Shown piece by piece: positions 1-11,151 of a stretch of DNA of 64,000 bases. The DNA lies in assembly GCF_036321535.1 (NCBI RefSeq), contig NC_087436.1, forward strand, positions 110,610,001 through 110,674,000, read 5' to 3'. Origin of the DNA: Camelus dromedarius (lineage: Eukaryota). The notes beneath the pieces are model-generated. The model was not told the origin of the DNA and ran no database searches. It saw nothing but the letters and a program-made list of their open reading frames with translations. The position numbers were made by a program, and so were the translations under genes. Every line of letters begins with the position of its first letter. Position 1 is the first letter of the stretch.

Positions 1-650
1 ATGAAAAAAGATCAATCTTCCTAATAATCAAGCAAATATGAATTTAATGGCTAATATTTTTCAAGTACTAAAGTAACAAAGATTTTTCAAAGATAATCCT
101 AGTGCTAGCAAGGATGCATTAGACAGGCACTCACCCATTATGATAAGGAAGGGTAAATTGGCACAACCTGATTGAAAAGTAATTTTGCGAGGTGAACTGA
201 GTCTTTAGAAAATTTATATCTGTGGAATCAGTAATCTTTCAGAAATACATCCTGAATAGTCAAACACGAGTATATATTTGTGTACCAGGATGCTTAATGC
301 AATATTAATTCTAATGGTAGGAAAAATGTTTCTCGCCTAAGTGTATAAGGGGGAAATAGTTAAATACATGATACATCTCTTTTATGAAATATAGTTTGAC
401 TACTTAAATTAATGTTTTGAGAAACTAAGGCTATCAAAAACTACTAATGACACAATAGTGAGCAAAATAAAAAATTAAGATTTCAAGCCACATTCAGTAT
501 CATCCTAATTTTGTATGTATTTATACAACAAAACTGTATGGTAATATAATGCATTTTTAAATTAGTTACCTTAGGGTAGTTAAACTACAAGAACTTTTAT
601 TCTCCAGTGTTTTTATATTTTCTTTAAAATTTTCACTATTATTACTTTCC
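1..650 (+). mobile_element. Ancient L1 (L1ME-like) ORF2 3' end/3'UTR fragment
   Basis: Degenerate match to the L1 ORF2 end (atgaaaaaagatcaatcttcctaataatc..., gtaaattggcacaacctgattgaaaag, ttaaatacatgatacatc). Heavily diverged; boundaries approximate. Confidence 0.6.
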
Positions 651-1619
651 GAATATTATTGTTTTGGAACCAAAAATTATTTTTAATTTAGCAAACGATT
701 GAAAGAAGACAAAGAAGCTTAGCGTTTAATAAGAAAACAAGGGAAGGTTCATTTTAAGGAAGTTAAAACTTAGTTTTCATCTGCAGGCTAACGTGATAAA
801 ATGATTAAATATCAGAATATGGAGAACAGTATAAGAAAATACGATCAATAAACGTAATCAAAAATCATATGGCTTAATCAATAGGCTGTAAATAAAGTAA
901 CAACACAAATTAAATAATAACAAAGCATTTCGTCTATTAAATCAGCACCTAGAAACCTGATGACTATGTGTGCACTGGAAGGAGGGAAATCCAATTCTCA
1001 ATAATCCCATGGTCGAAGCTTTGCACAAACTTGCTGCTAGCACTGATACAAACTAGAGCTAGCTTTCTGGAAAGTAGGTTCCAAACATATAAAAGCCATA
1101 AACAAAAAGGAAATAAAAAGTTATGTGCTGAAAATAGGCATGACAGTATTGTTGATAGCAACCCCAGATCAAAAGCAATCTCACTATGGGAAGTAGGTGA
1201 ATAGTTAAATAAACAATGAGACTGTCAAGGTAGTTGTCTTTTAATACAAGGAAGATGCTACATAGCAGTGTGCCTATGGTGTGCAGATATAATATTAAAT
1301 AAAGAGGCTAGATTACAAAATTTTACATGTACATGATTGCTAGCAGTATATGACTATACATATGGACAAAAACTAAAAGTTTTCAAAGGTAGTGGGATTC
1401 TCATTGACTTTTCTCTTAATTTTTTACACTGTACATAATTCTGCCCTGATTTATGTTGTTTTGAGAGAGACAATGAAAGAGAAATAGTATAAGTGAAGCC
1501 CGTTCCTGGAAGAGAAGGGAATGGATGGTCCAGCAAACATGTTTACTCCTGGGGGGAAAATGAGGCTTGGAAAGTTCCTGATTTCTCTGTGTCATCATTC
1601 TGTTGGGTACTTTCAAGGA

Positions 1620-1790
1620 CATTAGCTCATTTATTATTCAAATATTACTGTACATATGGTATTTTTAATCCCCATTTTCTGTATGATTAACAGTAGGCTC
1701 AGAGTGGCTAAGTAACTTGTTGAAAGTCACACAGCAGTTAAGTGTAAGAGTCTAGATTCAAATCCAGAGCTCTCTTACTCCAAAGCCTAG
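1620..1790 (-). mobile_element. MIR SINE
   Basis: Reverse MIR core: ccccattttctg...aggctcagagtggctaagtaacttg...aagtcacacagc...gattcaaatccag. Confidence 0.8.
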
Positions 1791-2166
1791 CTACACTTGT
1801 CCAAGAAATTCCCTTTTTCTTCAGACAGGTGAAAAGACAAGTGGTCGAATGAAGATAACAGGTTTATTTGGACTGGTGTCGGGGCTAGAGTGGGGAACAA
1901 ATGGGAAGATGAGGGAACATTGACTGATGTCAATCTTTTCAGTCAAATGCAGGTGAAATTGTCTGCTAAGAGTAGGGTCATAAAACTTCCAGAGAGTGGA
2001 AACGCCATCAACAGCATTTGTGAGAAATCAGGTCTGGTACCCAGGACCCCAGAGCAGATCTTGATTACTATTAGGGAAAGAGGCAGTTCCAAGTGCTTTC
2101 AGGAAATACTATATGGAAAAGAGCATACAGTATGAAATTACAGGTTTAAATTTTGAATTTTGTCTT

Positions 2167-2383
2167 CAATACTGTCTCCAATTGTGGTGACTTTGCCCAT
2201 CCCCTACCCTATCCCAAGGGACATTTGGCAATATCTGGAAACATGCTTGGTTGTCACAGCCGGGGTTAGGGTGCTATCGGGCAGGGGACAAGGATGCTGC
2301 TAAGCATCCTACAATGCACAGGACAGCCCACTGCAACATTCTCTAGCCCAACACATCAATAGTGTCAAGGTTGAGGGACCCTG
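2167..2383 (+). mobile_element. MER20 hAT-Charlie MITE inserted into a MIR (MIR halves ~2120-2165 and ~2393-2545)
   Basis: Diagnostic gggacatttggcaatatctgga...ggatgctgctaagcatcctacaatgcacaggacagccc...aatagtgtcaaggttgag. The MIR core resumes after it (atgaccttaggaaag...tctgagccgcagtt). Confidence 0.85.
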
Positions 2384-2779
2384 GCCTGGAGGGATGACCT
2401 TAGGAAAGATACTTAGCTACATTCTCTGAGCCGCAGTTGCTGTGTTTCCGAAATGATGATGGTGATACCTGCCTTGGAGGCTTATAAAGGTTAGAGGAAT
2501 GGTGTCTATAAGATGAAGCACAGTGTTCAGTCACATGGGCACTCCTAAACTACAACTGTATCTCCACTTAACCAACTGAGCCCTCGGGCTGTCACTTTAT
2601 CAGCTTCCTCAAATAACTACCACATCCAATCAAGCTGCAGCCCCTGACATCCAGCCTCAACAATGACCTACTGGTCTATCCCAATCAGGCTTAACCTTGA
2701 CACCTTTAAAGTTGAATTGAACCACTATTTCTATTATAAACTTATACTGCTTCACTTATACTAAGAACAAAGAGGTAAA

Positions 2780-3200
2780 ATGCCAAGATATTACTCTGAG
2801 ATCCAGGAATACATTTCAATCCTAGAATTGTACTGATAGTAAGGAAGTCATCATGGAAATGCAAACTGATTTGTCTTCAAAGGTGTTTATTCCAGAGCTG
2901 TTTATGATAGGAAAGATGTAGCAACTACTAGTGAGGATTAGTTAAATAAACGATGGTACATCCACTTCAGAGAGTCCAATTTTTGATGTAAAAAGATAAA
3001 AACTAGATTATAATTTAGTGTGTGAAACAAATCTTTATCACAAGATATCATTTAGTACAGAAAATACCTAGAAAGACAAACATCAAAATAGGAACAAAAT
3101 AATCTCACGGTAGTGGAATTACAGCTGGCTATTTAGTATGCTTTACTGTATATTCCAAATTTTCTAAAATGAACTTGGTATCATCACCTTAAACAAAATA
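2780..3200 (+). mobile_element. Ancient L1 3' fragment (L1ME-like)
   Basis: gaggattagttaaataaacgatggtacatccac and atttcaatcctagaattg resemble an old L1 ORF2 end/3'UTR. Confidence 0.5.
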
Positions 3201-4258
3201 AGAGCAATAAATAGTACATAATTTTTGAGTTAAATGTGTATTTTCATTAGGTTCAAAAAAGAGTTGCACTTCGTTTGAATAAAGAAAATCAAAATAAATC
3301 TGAAAATGTGAGCATGGTATTTCTGAGGTTGGAAAGGAGAAAAAGAAAATTACCCAACTGACAAAAAGCTTCCTCTCTGTAAGGAGTTGCCAACTTCAGT
3401 GTAAAACACTTGCAGCCAAAGAATGAGAAGTGAAATCCCCACTCTCCAAAAGAAGTGGCTTCGCTTCCAAATGCGACAAGGTTCCCGCCTGAATTTGATT
3501 CCTTTGCTTTATCACATCAAATGGTCATTTGCCTTATTTCAACTGAGAAAATTTCAAGTCTCATATTTCTATGTAATTATATACAAATGGTCTTAAAATC
3601 AACACAAAAAGCTTTTCCGTCTTTCTCAGGCTTTCTTCAGTTCTGTGTGGTGGCGCAGTTTTCCATAGTATTTTTAAGTGTATCTGTGTATAAGAATTAA
3701 AGAACGAAAACTGTGAAATGTTCCAAGAGCTTTCAGGAAATGCTTTTCATTTGTAAGTACTTCAATGTGGAGCTTATGTAATTTGGGGAAAGGAGCAGTT
3801 TTGTGATGGATCCAACCAGCAAAAACATCCACTGTTCTTCCACAGCTAGGCAGCTTCCATATCATATACATTTTGAAATGGAATTCCTAAATTCTCCTAA
3901 AAATTGCCCAGCATTTTCCCATAATTCAGACTGCATCTACCAAAGCACCATGCAGTGCAGACCAGTAACATCAGCATCCCTGTGCCACATAGCATAGAAG
4001 TCCTAGACCTTCTAACCACTGTATTCCTGCACTGCTCAGAACTTCACTCCTTGGTTTTCTTTTTCATCCTCAGCTCCAGATTTGTCCCTGGGACATGGCA
4101 ATAGGTCTGGCATCTTTCATTGTAACCAGAACTCTCTTGACACAGTTTTACACCTGCCTTCTGAAGCCCCTCCTCACTGTTGCCCTTCGTGGCCACCTGA
4201 GCTGACACACCTGCCTGGCACAGATCTATGAGGAAAGCACACTTGCCAGGCAGCCCTA

Positions 4259-4800
4259 TGTGATGGTGATAGTTAATTTTATTTGTCAACTTGGCTGGGC
4301 TAATGGATGCCCAGATAGCTGGTAACCATCATTTCTGGGCATGTCTGTGAGGGTGTTTCTGAAGTTGGTATTTGAATCAGTGGACTGAGTAAAGAAGACC
4401 ATCCTCTCCACTATTGGAGGGGATCATCTAATCCATTCAGGGCCTATATTAAACACAAAGGCAGAGGAAGCGAAATTCGCTCTCTGCTCTCCCCTGGGAC
4501 AACCATCTTCTCTTGTCCTCAAACATCAGCACTCCTGGTTCTTAGGCCGTCAGACTTGCACTTGCACTTACACCATCAGCTGCCCTGATCCTCAAGCTTT
4601 TGAACTTCTACCATCTACACTACTAGCTTTGCTGGCCTTACGGCTGGCAGATAACAGACTGTGGTGCTTCTCAGACCACATAATTGCATGAACCAATTCC
4701 TCATAACAAAGCTCTGTCTCCAACTCTATGACTGTATCTATACTATATCCATATCTACAACTATCCTATTGTTTCTGTTTCTCTAAACAACCCTAATAAA
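4259..4800 (+). mobile_element. MLT2-family ERVL solo LTR
   Basis: Starts tgtgatgg..ttaattttatttgtcaacttggctgggcta; internal tgaatcagtggactgagtaaagaaga; ends cctattgtttctgtttctctaaacaaccctaata. Confidence 0.85.
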
Positions 4801-5009
4801 CTCCTTATCGGAGTCTGGGGCATCTATGTTTGTAAAAGGCATTTTCTTCAAAGCTCTGCAGTCCAGAAGCCTGAGAGTTTAGAGACTATAACTAGCCATG
4901 TCAAGTCAACTCCAATGGGATCGAGTGATTCCGTTGTCAGCCAGGGTTCTGTTAACACAAAAGCCAAGTAGTGTCTGTGAGTGCTTAAGATAAGTAATAG
5001 TATGAGCTA

Positions 5010-5240
5010 CATTTTTGGTGTCAGGTGAATAGGTTCCAGCTCTGCCACTGGATGATCTTGAAAAAGTGGCACAGTTTCCTGAGCTGTAGATTTCTCTTCA
5101 ATGAAATGAAAAGCTCACATAAGTGCAGAGAAACTTGAGGGTCAGGTTAAAGTCAAACAGAGCTGAATTTGAATACTGACTTTATCCCTTACTCCTTGTG
5201 TGACAATGAGCAATGTATATAGCTTCTCTGACCTCCCATT
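5010..5240 (+). mobile_element. Two MIR fragments
   Basis: ggttccagctctgccactggatgatcttg... and gaatttgaatactgactttatcccttactccttgtgtgac... Confidence 0.6.
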
Positions 5241-5313
5241 ACCAGTATAGCTCTAAAATGCATTCTAAACATGTACCATACATAAACCAAACAGATACCA
5301 TGCCATAACCCAT

Positions 5314-5437
5314 GAGGCTATAGGTCAGTGATAAGAGTGCATACCTAGCATGCATGAGGTCCTGGGTTCAACCCCCAGTACCTCTATTTTAAAAAAATAA
5401 GTAAATAAATAAAACCTAATTAACCCTCCTAAAAAAA
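5314..5437 (+). mobile_element. Camelid-specific tRNA-derived SINE (Vic-1 type)
   Basis: A-box-like gaggctataggtcagtg, B-box gggttcaacccc, body agcatgcatgaggtcctgggttcaacccccagtacctc, and characteristic tail aaataaataaaacctaattaaccctcc(A)n. Confidence 0.8.
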
Positions 5438-5440
5438 TGC

Positions 5441-5504
5441 AGAGAAAGGTAGGAGGGAAGGTAGGAAGGTAGGAAGGAGGGAGGGAAGGAAGGAAGGAAG
5501 GGAA
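5441..5504 (+). repeat. (AGGT/AGGA)n purine-rich tetranucleotide microsatellite
   Basis: aaggtaggagggaaggtaggaaggtaggaaggagggagggaaggaaggaaggaaggg seen directly. Confidence 0.9.
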
Positions 5505-5950
5505 TTATTAACTGAATCAAAAAGACCAGGTTTGGTAGCAAGCTTAGGTGTGGTTAAGACAAAGGACTCAAATGAAATAATTGGAGGTCCATTTTTCTCA
5601 GGTAGACTCTCTCCATGTAATTATGATGGAGTCTTATAATCCAGGACTCATATTCTAACTCTGGAAAAGCTCCTTTCCCCATTGGACTGGCAAAAAAGAA
5701 ATCGATCTCAGGGTGTACTCCGATTGGCTATTCTCAAATCGTGTGCCTACCACTGAGCCAGTCATCTCAACCAGGGCTTTGGGTGTTTGTCTGGACCTGA
5801 GTCACGCGCCCAGTCCTATGGGTGCTGAAGAGGAAGGAAGAGCCCACCACCAACAGAGCCACATAGAACTGGTTCTCCGGCAAAGTCAGTGGGTCTGTTA
5901 TCAGAAGGAGGAATTGATGTTGGGCTGGAAAAGAAGGCTAGTAGTTCATA
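5505..5950 (-). mobile_element. Old MaLR LTR (MLT1K/J-like)
   Basis: Reverse MaLR motifs: ctccgattggc...gtgtgcctaccactgagccagtca...ccaggg...ggacctgagtcacgcgccca. Confidence 0.6.
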
Positions 5951-7497
5951 CGATCTCAAGTTTCTTCACAACTTGTTTTTTCCTATTTGCTATTCTTCTA
6001 GGCCTCACTACAAATAAGTACCTGAGAAGCTAGGTTAAAATCTGAAGCAATGACTGTTTAGCATAACAAAAGAGCAGAAATATGATGTTTTAGGACAAAG
6101 GAGAGTTTTGTAACAGCATATGCTCTGAAGTGAAAAAATAGCAAGCATTAAGCATGTTGCTTTGTGCCTAGTGTTCCACTAGGCTCTGTTGGGAAGACAT
6201 CTGTTGCGAGGCTCAAGACAGGGAAGACAAAGCAAGCATGTACCAGTAAGTCCAGAGAATACATTTGAAATCAGAAAACTTACCTTTAGGTACATAACCG
6301 CATATAAGTCCTTGAGGCACTCTGACTCGGACCTTTAAAATGGGTGCATTCACAGCAATACCCTCTCCAAATAATTGCAAAGACCAAGTGAGGTAAATGT
6401 AAGAGCATTTCAAAAATAATGTGCAGTACAGACATAATTATTTTTCCAGAACAGATTTTTAAACAGCTGCTAGATTTCACGGCTCCATTTATAAATGCTA
6501 CAGAAATTTAGATAATGCAGAGGGCAGTGGATAACAGTCTGACCATAAAGGGAGGTGGGATTGGAATGGGGCCTGAAAGGATGAATGTAATTTGGACAGA
6601 GAGAGGAGAGAGAAGTCTGTCGTGACAAATGACGTCTTGTGACTTAACGGTGGACTGACTTCCAGAAACTTCAGGCTTCACAGTTTTCTACCTTGTTCTA
6701 GTTTGCAATCAAGTTTACAGTTTTCCTTTTTCTGTACACTGTCCGTATTTTCTTTTCAAAGCATGGACAAATTCCACAAGTCAGTTGATGAAGAACGCAC
6801 TATATGGAGATCCTGTGCCAGAGAGAAAAGCTCTCAGATGCTTATAAAAAAGAGCAGAGATTTGCCAAATAGTCTGAAAACAATTTGGAGTCTGGTATCA
6901 ATGAGATCCTAACAAAAATCTACACAAAACCAAATATTTGACCTCATCCCTGGCATTTCCAGTGATGAGTGTTACTTGGAGAAATTAGAGCTGTTGGGCA
7001 GTGCATCCTACATTCGCTCCTTCCAGAAATAAAGTATTAGCAATTTTTCTTTCGTCTAGGCTCTGAGATCTTTCCTACTCTTCTACTTCATTCTTCAACA
7101 ATGATTTATTATTACGCCCTTTTCTATGCCAGGAATTGTAAGGTTCAAGGGAGACAAAGATGAAAGTCATTATACCTGACCTCAATGATCTGGTGTCTAG
7201 TAATTTAGGCTGGAATTAGGCTCAAAGAAGATAACCCAAAAGTAGGGTGAATTTTTACATAGCACATGAAGAGGTACACATGGAGACACTGCATAATTCT
7301 AACATGGAATAGAGCAGGAGTTTCCTGGACCAAATCAAGTTTAACTCTCAAATCTGAATCAGTGAAATCATTTTTAGTGAATGGAAATCCCAAACTTCTT
7401 GTAATATTTATTATTTGATGTGCATCTGTGTTACAGATGAGGATCCAGAGAGCCACAGGATTTGTGTAGAGTAACATCATTAAGAGGTGACTTTTCT

Positions 7498-8105
7498 GTC
7501 CACAAATGACAAATGCTAGAGAGGCTGTGGAGAAAAGGGAACCCTCCTACACTGCTGGTGGGAATGCAGTTTGGTGCAGCCACTGTGGAAAACAGTACGG
7601 AGATTCCTCAAAAGACTAGGAATAGACTTAACCATATGACCCAGGAATCTCGCTCCTGGGCATATATCCAGAAGGAATCCTACTTCAAAAAGACGCCTGC
7701 ACCCCAATGTTCATAGCAGCACTATTTACAATAGCCAAGACATGGAAACAGCCTAAATGTCCAACAGATGACTGGATAAAGAAGATGTGGTATACTTATA
7801 CAATAGAATACTATTCAGCCATAAAAAACGGCAACTTAACGCCATTTGCAGCAACATGGATGTCCCTGGAGAATGTCATTCTAAGTGAAGTAGGACAGAA
7901 AGAGAAAGAAAAATACCATATGAGATCTCTCATATGTGGAATCTAAAAAAAAAAAAACCATAAATACAAAACAGAAACGGACTCATAGACATAGAATACA
8001 AACTTGTGGTTGCCAAGGGGGAGGGGGATGGGAAGAGATAGACTGGGAGTTCAAAATTTGTAGATACTGACAGGCATATGTAGAATAGATAAACAAGATT
8101 ACACT
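7498..8105 (+). mobile_element. Young lineage-specific L1 fragment (ORF2 C-terminus plus part of the 3'UTR), no poly(A) and no TSD
   Basis: ORF 7707-7946 encodes the L1 ORF2 C-terminus ([19 protein letters not shown]...EYYSAIK...SLICGI). Highly similar to the copy at 10474-11151. Confidence 0.95.
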
Positions 8106-8400
8106 AGCGATACCAAGATGAAAACAACATGGTCCATCCTTCTCCTCAATTTTGGACAACAGGTTAAGTAACTTCATACTACACAGGGCTTTGTAATATG
8201 GTATTTAAGAACCTAGACTCTGGAAGAGTTAATAGACTGAAGAAATATTCAGGAGGTGGGAATCAATAAGATTTGCTAATTGATTAGCATTTTAATCAAT
8301 TTTCTCTATTTTTGTGGTTTTTATTTTATTGATATCCACGCTTGTCATTATTATTTCCCTCCATATACTTAATTTTGAGTTTACTTTGCTCTTTTTCCAG

Positions 8401-8610
8401 CTTTTTTAAAATTAAAGTACAGTCTGTTACAATGTGTCAATTTCTGGTGTACAGCACAATGTCCCAGTCCTGCATATACACACATATATTCATTTTTAAT
8501 ATTCTTTTTCATTAAAGGTTACTACAAGACATTGAATATAGTTCCCTGCACTATACAGAAGAAATTTGTTTTTTTGCTTGTTTTCATCTATTTTTATATA
8601 GTGTCTAATC
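8401..8610 (-). mobile_element. Short 5'-truncated L1 3' end (artiodactyl/camelid type)
   Basis: T-tract, then gtacagtctgttacaatgtgtcaatttctggtgtacagc...gaatatagttccctgcactatacag. Same 3'UTR type as 20083-20506. Confidence 0.8.
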
Positions 8611-8684
8611 TTTTCCACAGTTTCTTAAGATCACTTAAGATCATTGATTATATACCTTTCTTATTTCTAATCTGAGCATTTAAA

Positions 8685-9435
8685 AATTCAAAAATGAGCA
8701 AAAGACTTGAATAAACATTTCTCCAAAGAAGACATACAAATAAATGGCCAATAAACACACGAAATTATGCTCAAAATCACTAACCATTATAGAAATGCAA
8801 ATCAAAACCCCAATCAGATGTTGCTTCATACCCATTAGGGTGGCTATTATCAAATTATCAAAAAAAATTACAAACTAAAAAACAACAAATGTTAGCAATA
8901 ATTGGGACCCTGGTACACTGCTAGTGGGAATGTAAAATGTTGCAGTCACTATGGGAAACAGTATGGTAGTTTCTCAAAAAATTAAACATATGAAACATAT
9001 GATCCAGCAATTCCATCTCTGGGCGTATACCCCAAAGAACCGAAATCAAACTCAGACAGATATTTGTATGTAAGTGTTCGTAGTAGCATTATTCACAATA
9101 GCCAAAAAGTGGACATAACCCAAATGTCTACTGATATATGAACTGATTAACAAAATATGACATATATATGCAATGAAATATTGTTCAGCCTTAAAAATGA
9201 ATGGGATTCTGACATAACATGGATGAGCCCTGAAGACATTATGCTAAATGAAATAAGCCAGATATGATAGGACAGACCGTGTATGATTCCACTTACACGA
9301 GGTACATAAAATAGTCAAATTCTTAGAGACAGAAAGTAGAACAGTGGTCACCAGGGACTGGGGGGACGGGATGGGGAATTGTTGTTCAATGAGTGAACAG
9401 AGTTCCAGTATGAGACAATGACAAATTCTGGAGAA
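8685..9435 (+). mobile_element. L1MB-like ORF2 3' end/3'UTR
   Basis: aaaagacttgaataaacatttctccaaagaagacataca...gatccagcaattccatctctggg...atgattccacttacacgaggtac...cttagagacagaaagtagaa. Confidence 0.85.
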
Positions 9436-9472
9436 ATTTTTTTTCTGAGAACTAAGCAATATTTTGGCTGCA

Positions 9473-9862
9473 TTTAATGGACTGAGTGTGCCCCCTTAAA
9501 TTCATATATTGAAGATCTAACCCCCAATAAAATGGTACTTAAGGGTGAGATCTCTGCAAGACGATTAGGGTTATATTAGGTCATGAGCGTTGGGTCCTCA
9601 TGTTGGAATCAGTGACTTTTTAAGAAGAGAAAGAGATCTCTCGCTCTCACTTCCCTCCTGCACCCACCAAAGAAAGGCCATGTGAGGACAAGGCAAGCAT
9701 TTGGCTCTCTGCAAGCTAGAAATAAAGTTCTCACCAGGAACTGTATTGGCCAGCACCTTGATCTTGGACTTCCCAGCCTCCAGAACTGTGAGAAATCAAT
9801 CTCTGCCATTTAAGCCACCCAGTGCGTGGTGTTTTGTTATAGCAGCCAATGAGATTAAAATA
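9473..9862 (+). mobile_element. MLT1A/B-like MaLR solo LTR with 5-bp TSD CTGCA
   Basis: aaattcatatattgaag...gccagcaccttgatcttggacttcccagcctccagaactgtgagaaa...ttgttatagcagcc. CTGCA at 9468-9472 and 9863-9867. Confidence 0.9.
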
Positions 9863-10473
9863 CTGCATCCTGCAGTTTTCATGTTTTTATTTTATTTTAT
9901 TTCAGTTAAATATTTTTTATTTCTCTTGTGACTTCTTCTTTGATCCATGAGTTATTTAGAAGCATTCTGTTTAATTTCCAGATATGTAGGAATTTTCCAC
10001 ATATTTTCTATTGCTGATTTCTAAGTCAGTTCCACTGTGGGCCAAAGAACTGAGACCTGTTTCACGGTACAAAATAAGGTCTACACTGGTGAAGTCTCCA
10101 CCAGATGTGTGGTGAGTTCTATGAATATCAATTAGGTCAAGTTGGTTAATAGTGTCTTCTATATCCCTATTGGTTTTCTGACTGCTACTACATCAGTTAG
10201 TGAAAGAGGAGTGTTGAAATTTTCAACTGCATTTGTAAATTTCTCCTTTCTCTATTTCTATTTCTCTATTCTCTATTATTCTCAATGTCTATTTCTGCTA
10301 ATTTTTGCTTCATGTATTTTGAGTATCTGCTGTGAGATACACAAACATTTAGATTGGCTTTGTCTTCATAATGAATCCATCTTTTTAACATTATAAAATG
10401 TCACTCTTTATCTCTGACAATAGTGTCCAGAAATTTTCTGTCTGGTATTAATATAGCCCATCCCAACTTTCTT

Positions 10474-11151
10474 TTTTTTTTTTTTTAACATTTTTTATTG
10501 ATTTATAATCATTTTACAATGTTGTGTCAAATTCCAGTGTTCAGCACAATTTTTCAGTTATTCATGGACATATACACACTCATTGTCACATTTTTTTCTC
10601 TGTGAGTTATCATAACATTTTGTGTATATTTCCCTGTGCTATACAGTGTATCCCAGTCTATCCCTTCCCACCCTCCACCCCCCGGTAACCACAAGTCTGT
10701 ATTCTCTGTCTGTGAGTCTATTTCTGTCCTTCATTTACGCTTTGTTTTTGTTTGTTTGTTTTTGTTTTTGTTTTTTAGATTCCACATATGAGCGATCTCA
10801 TATGGTATTTTTCTTTCTCTTTCTGGCTTACTTCACTTAGAATGACATTCTCCAGGAGCATCCATGTTGCTGCAAATGGCATTATGTTGTCGGTTTTTAT
10901 GGCTGAGTAGTATTCCATTGTATAAATATACCACCTCTTCTTTATCCAGTCACCTGTTGATGGACATTTAGGCTGTTTCCATGTTTTGGCTATTGTAAAT
11001 AGTGCTGCTATGAACATTGGGGTGCAGGTGTCATCCTGAAGTAGATTTCCTTCTGGATACAAGCCCAGGAGTGGGATTCCTGGGTCATATGGTAAGTCTA
11101 TTCCTAGTCTTTTGAGGAATCTCCACACTGTTTTCCATAGTGGCTGCACCA
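10474..11151 (-). mobile_element. Very young 5'-truncated L1 with pure poly(A) tail and 9-bp TSD
   Basis: TSD AACTTTCTT at 10465-10473 and 11152-11160; uninterrupted poly(T); stop-free ORF2 C-terminus (ORF 10775-11152). Confidence 0.95.

Noticed and set aside
4211..4253. 10-bp inverted repeat CTGCCTGGCA/TGCCAGGCAG
   Set aside because: Spacing does not fit an NFI dimer site, and short inverted repeats of this size occur by chance.
5314..5395. tRNA gene
   Set aside because: tRNA-like head of a SINE with a degenerate A box and SINE tail; it does not form a full cloverleaf.
6279..6290. Minus-strand splice donor (acttacctt)
   Set aside because: Adjacent sequence is MIR-derived and I found no matching acceptor.
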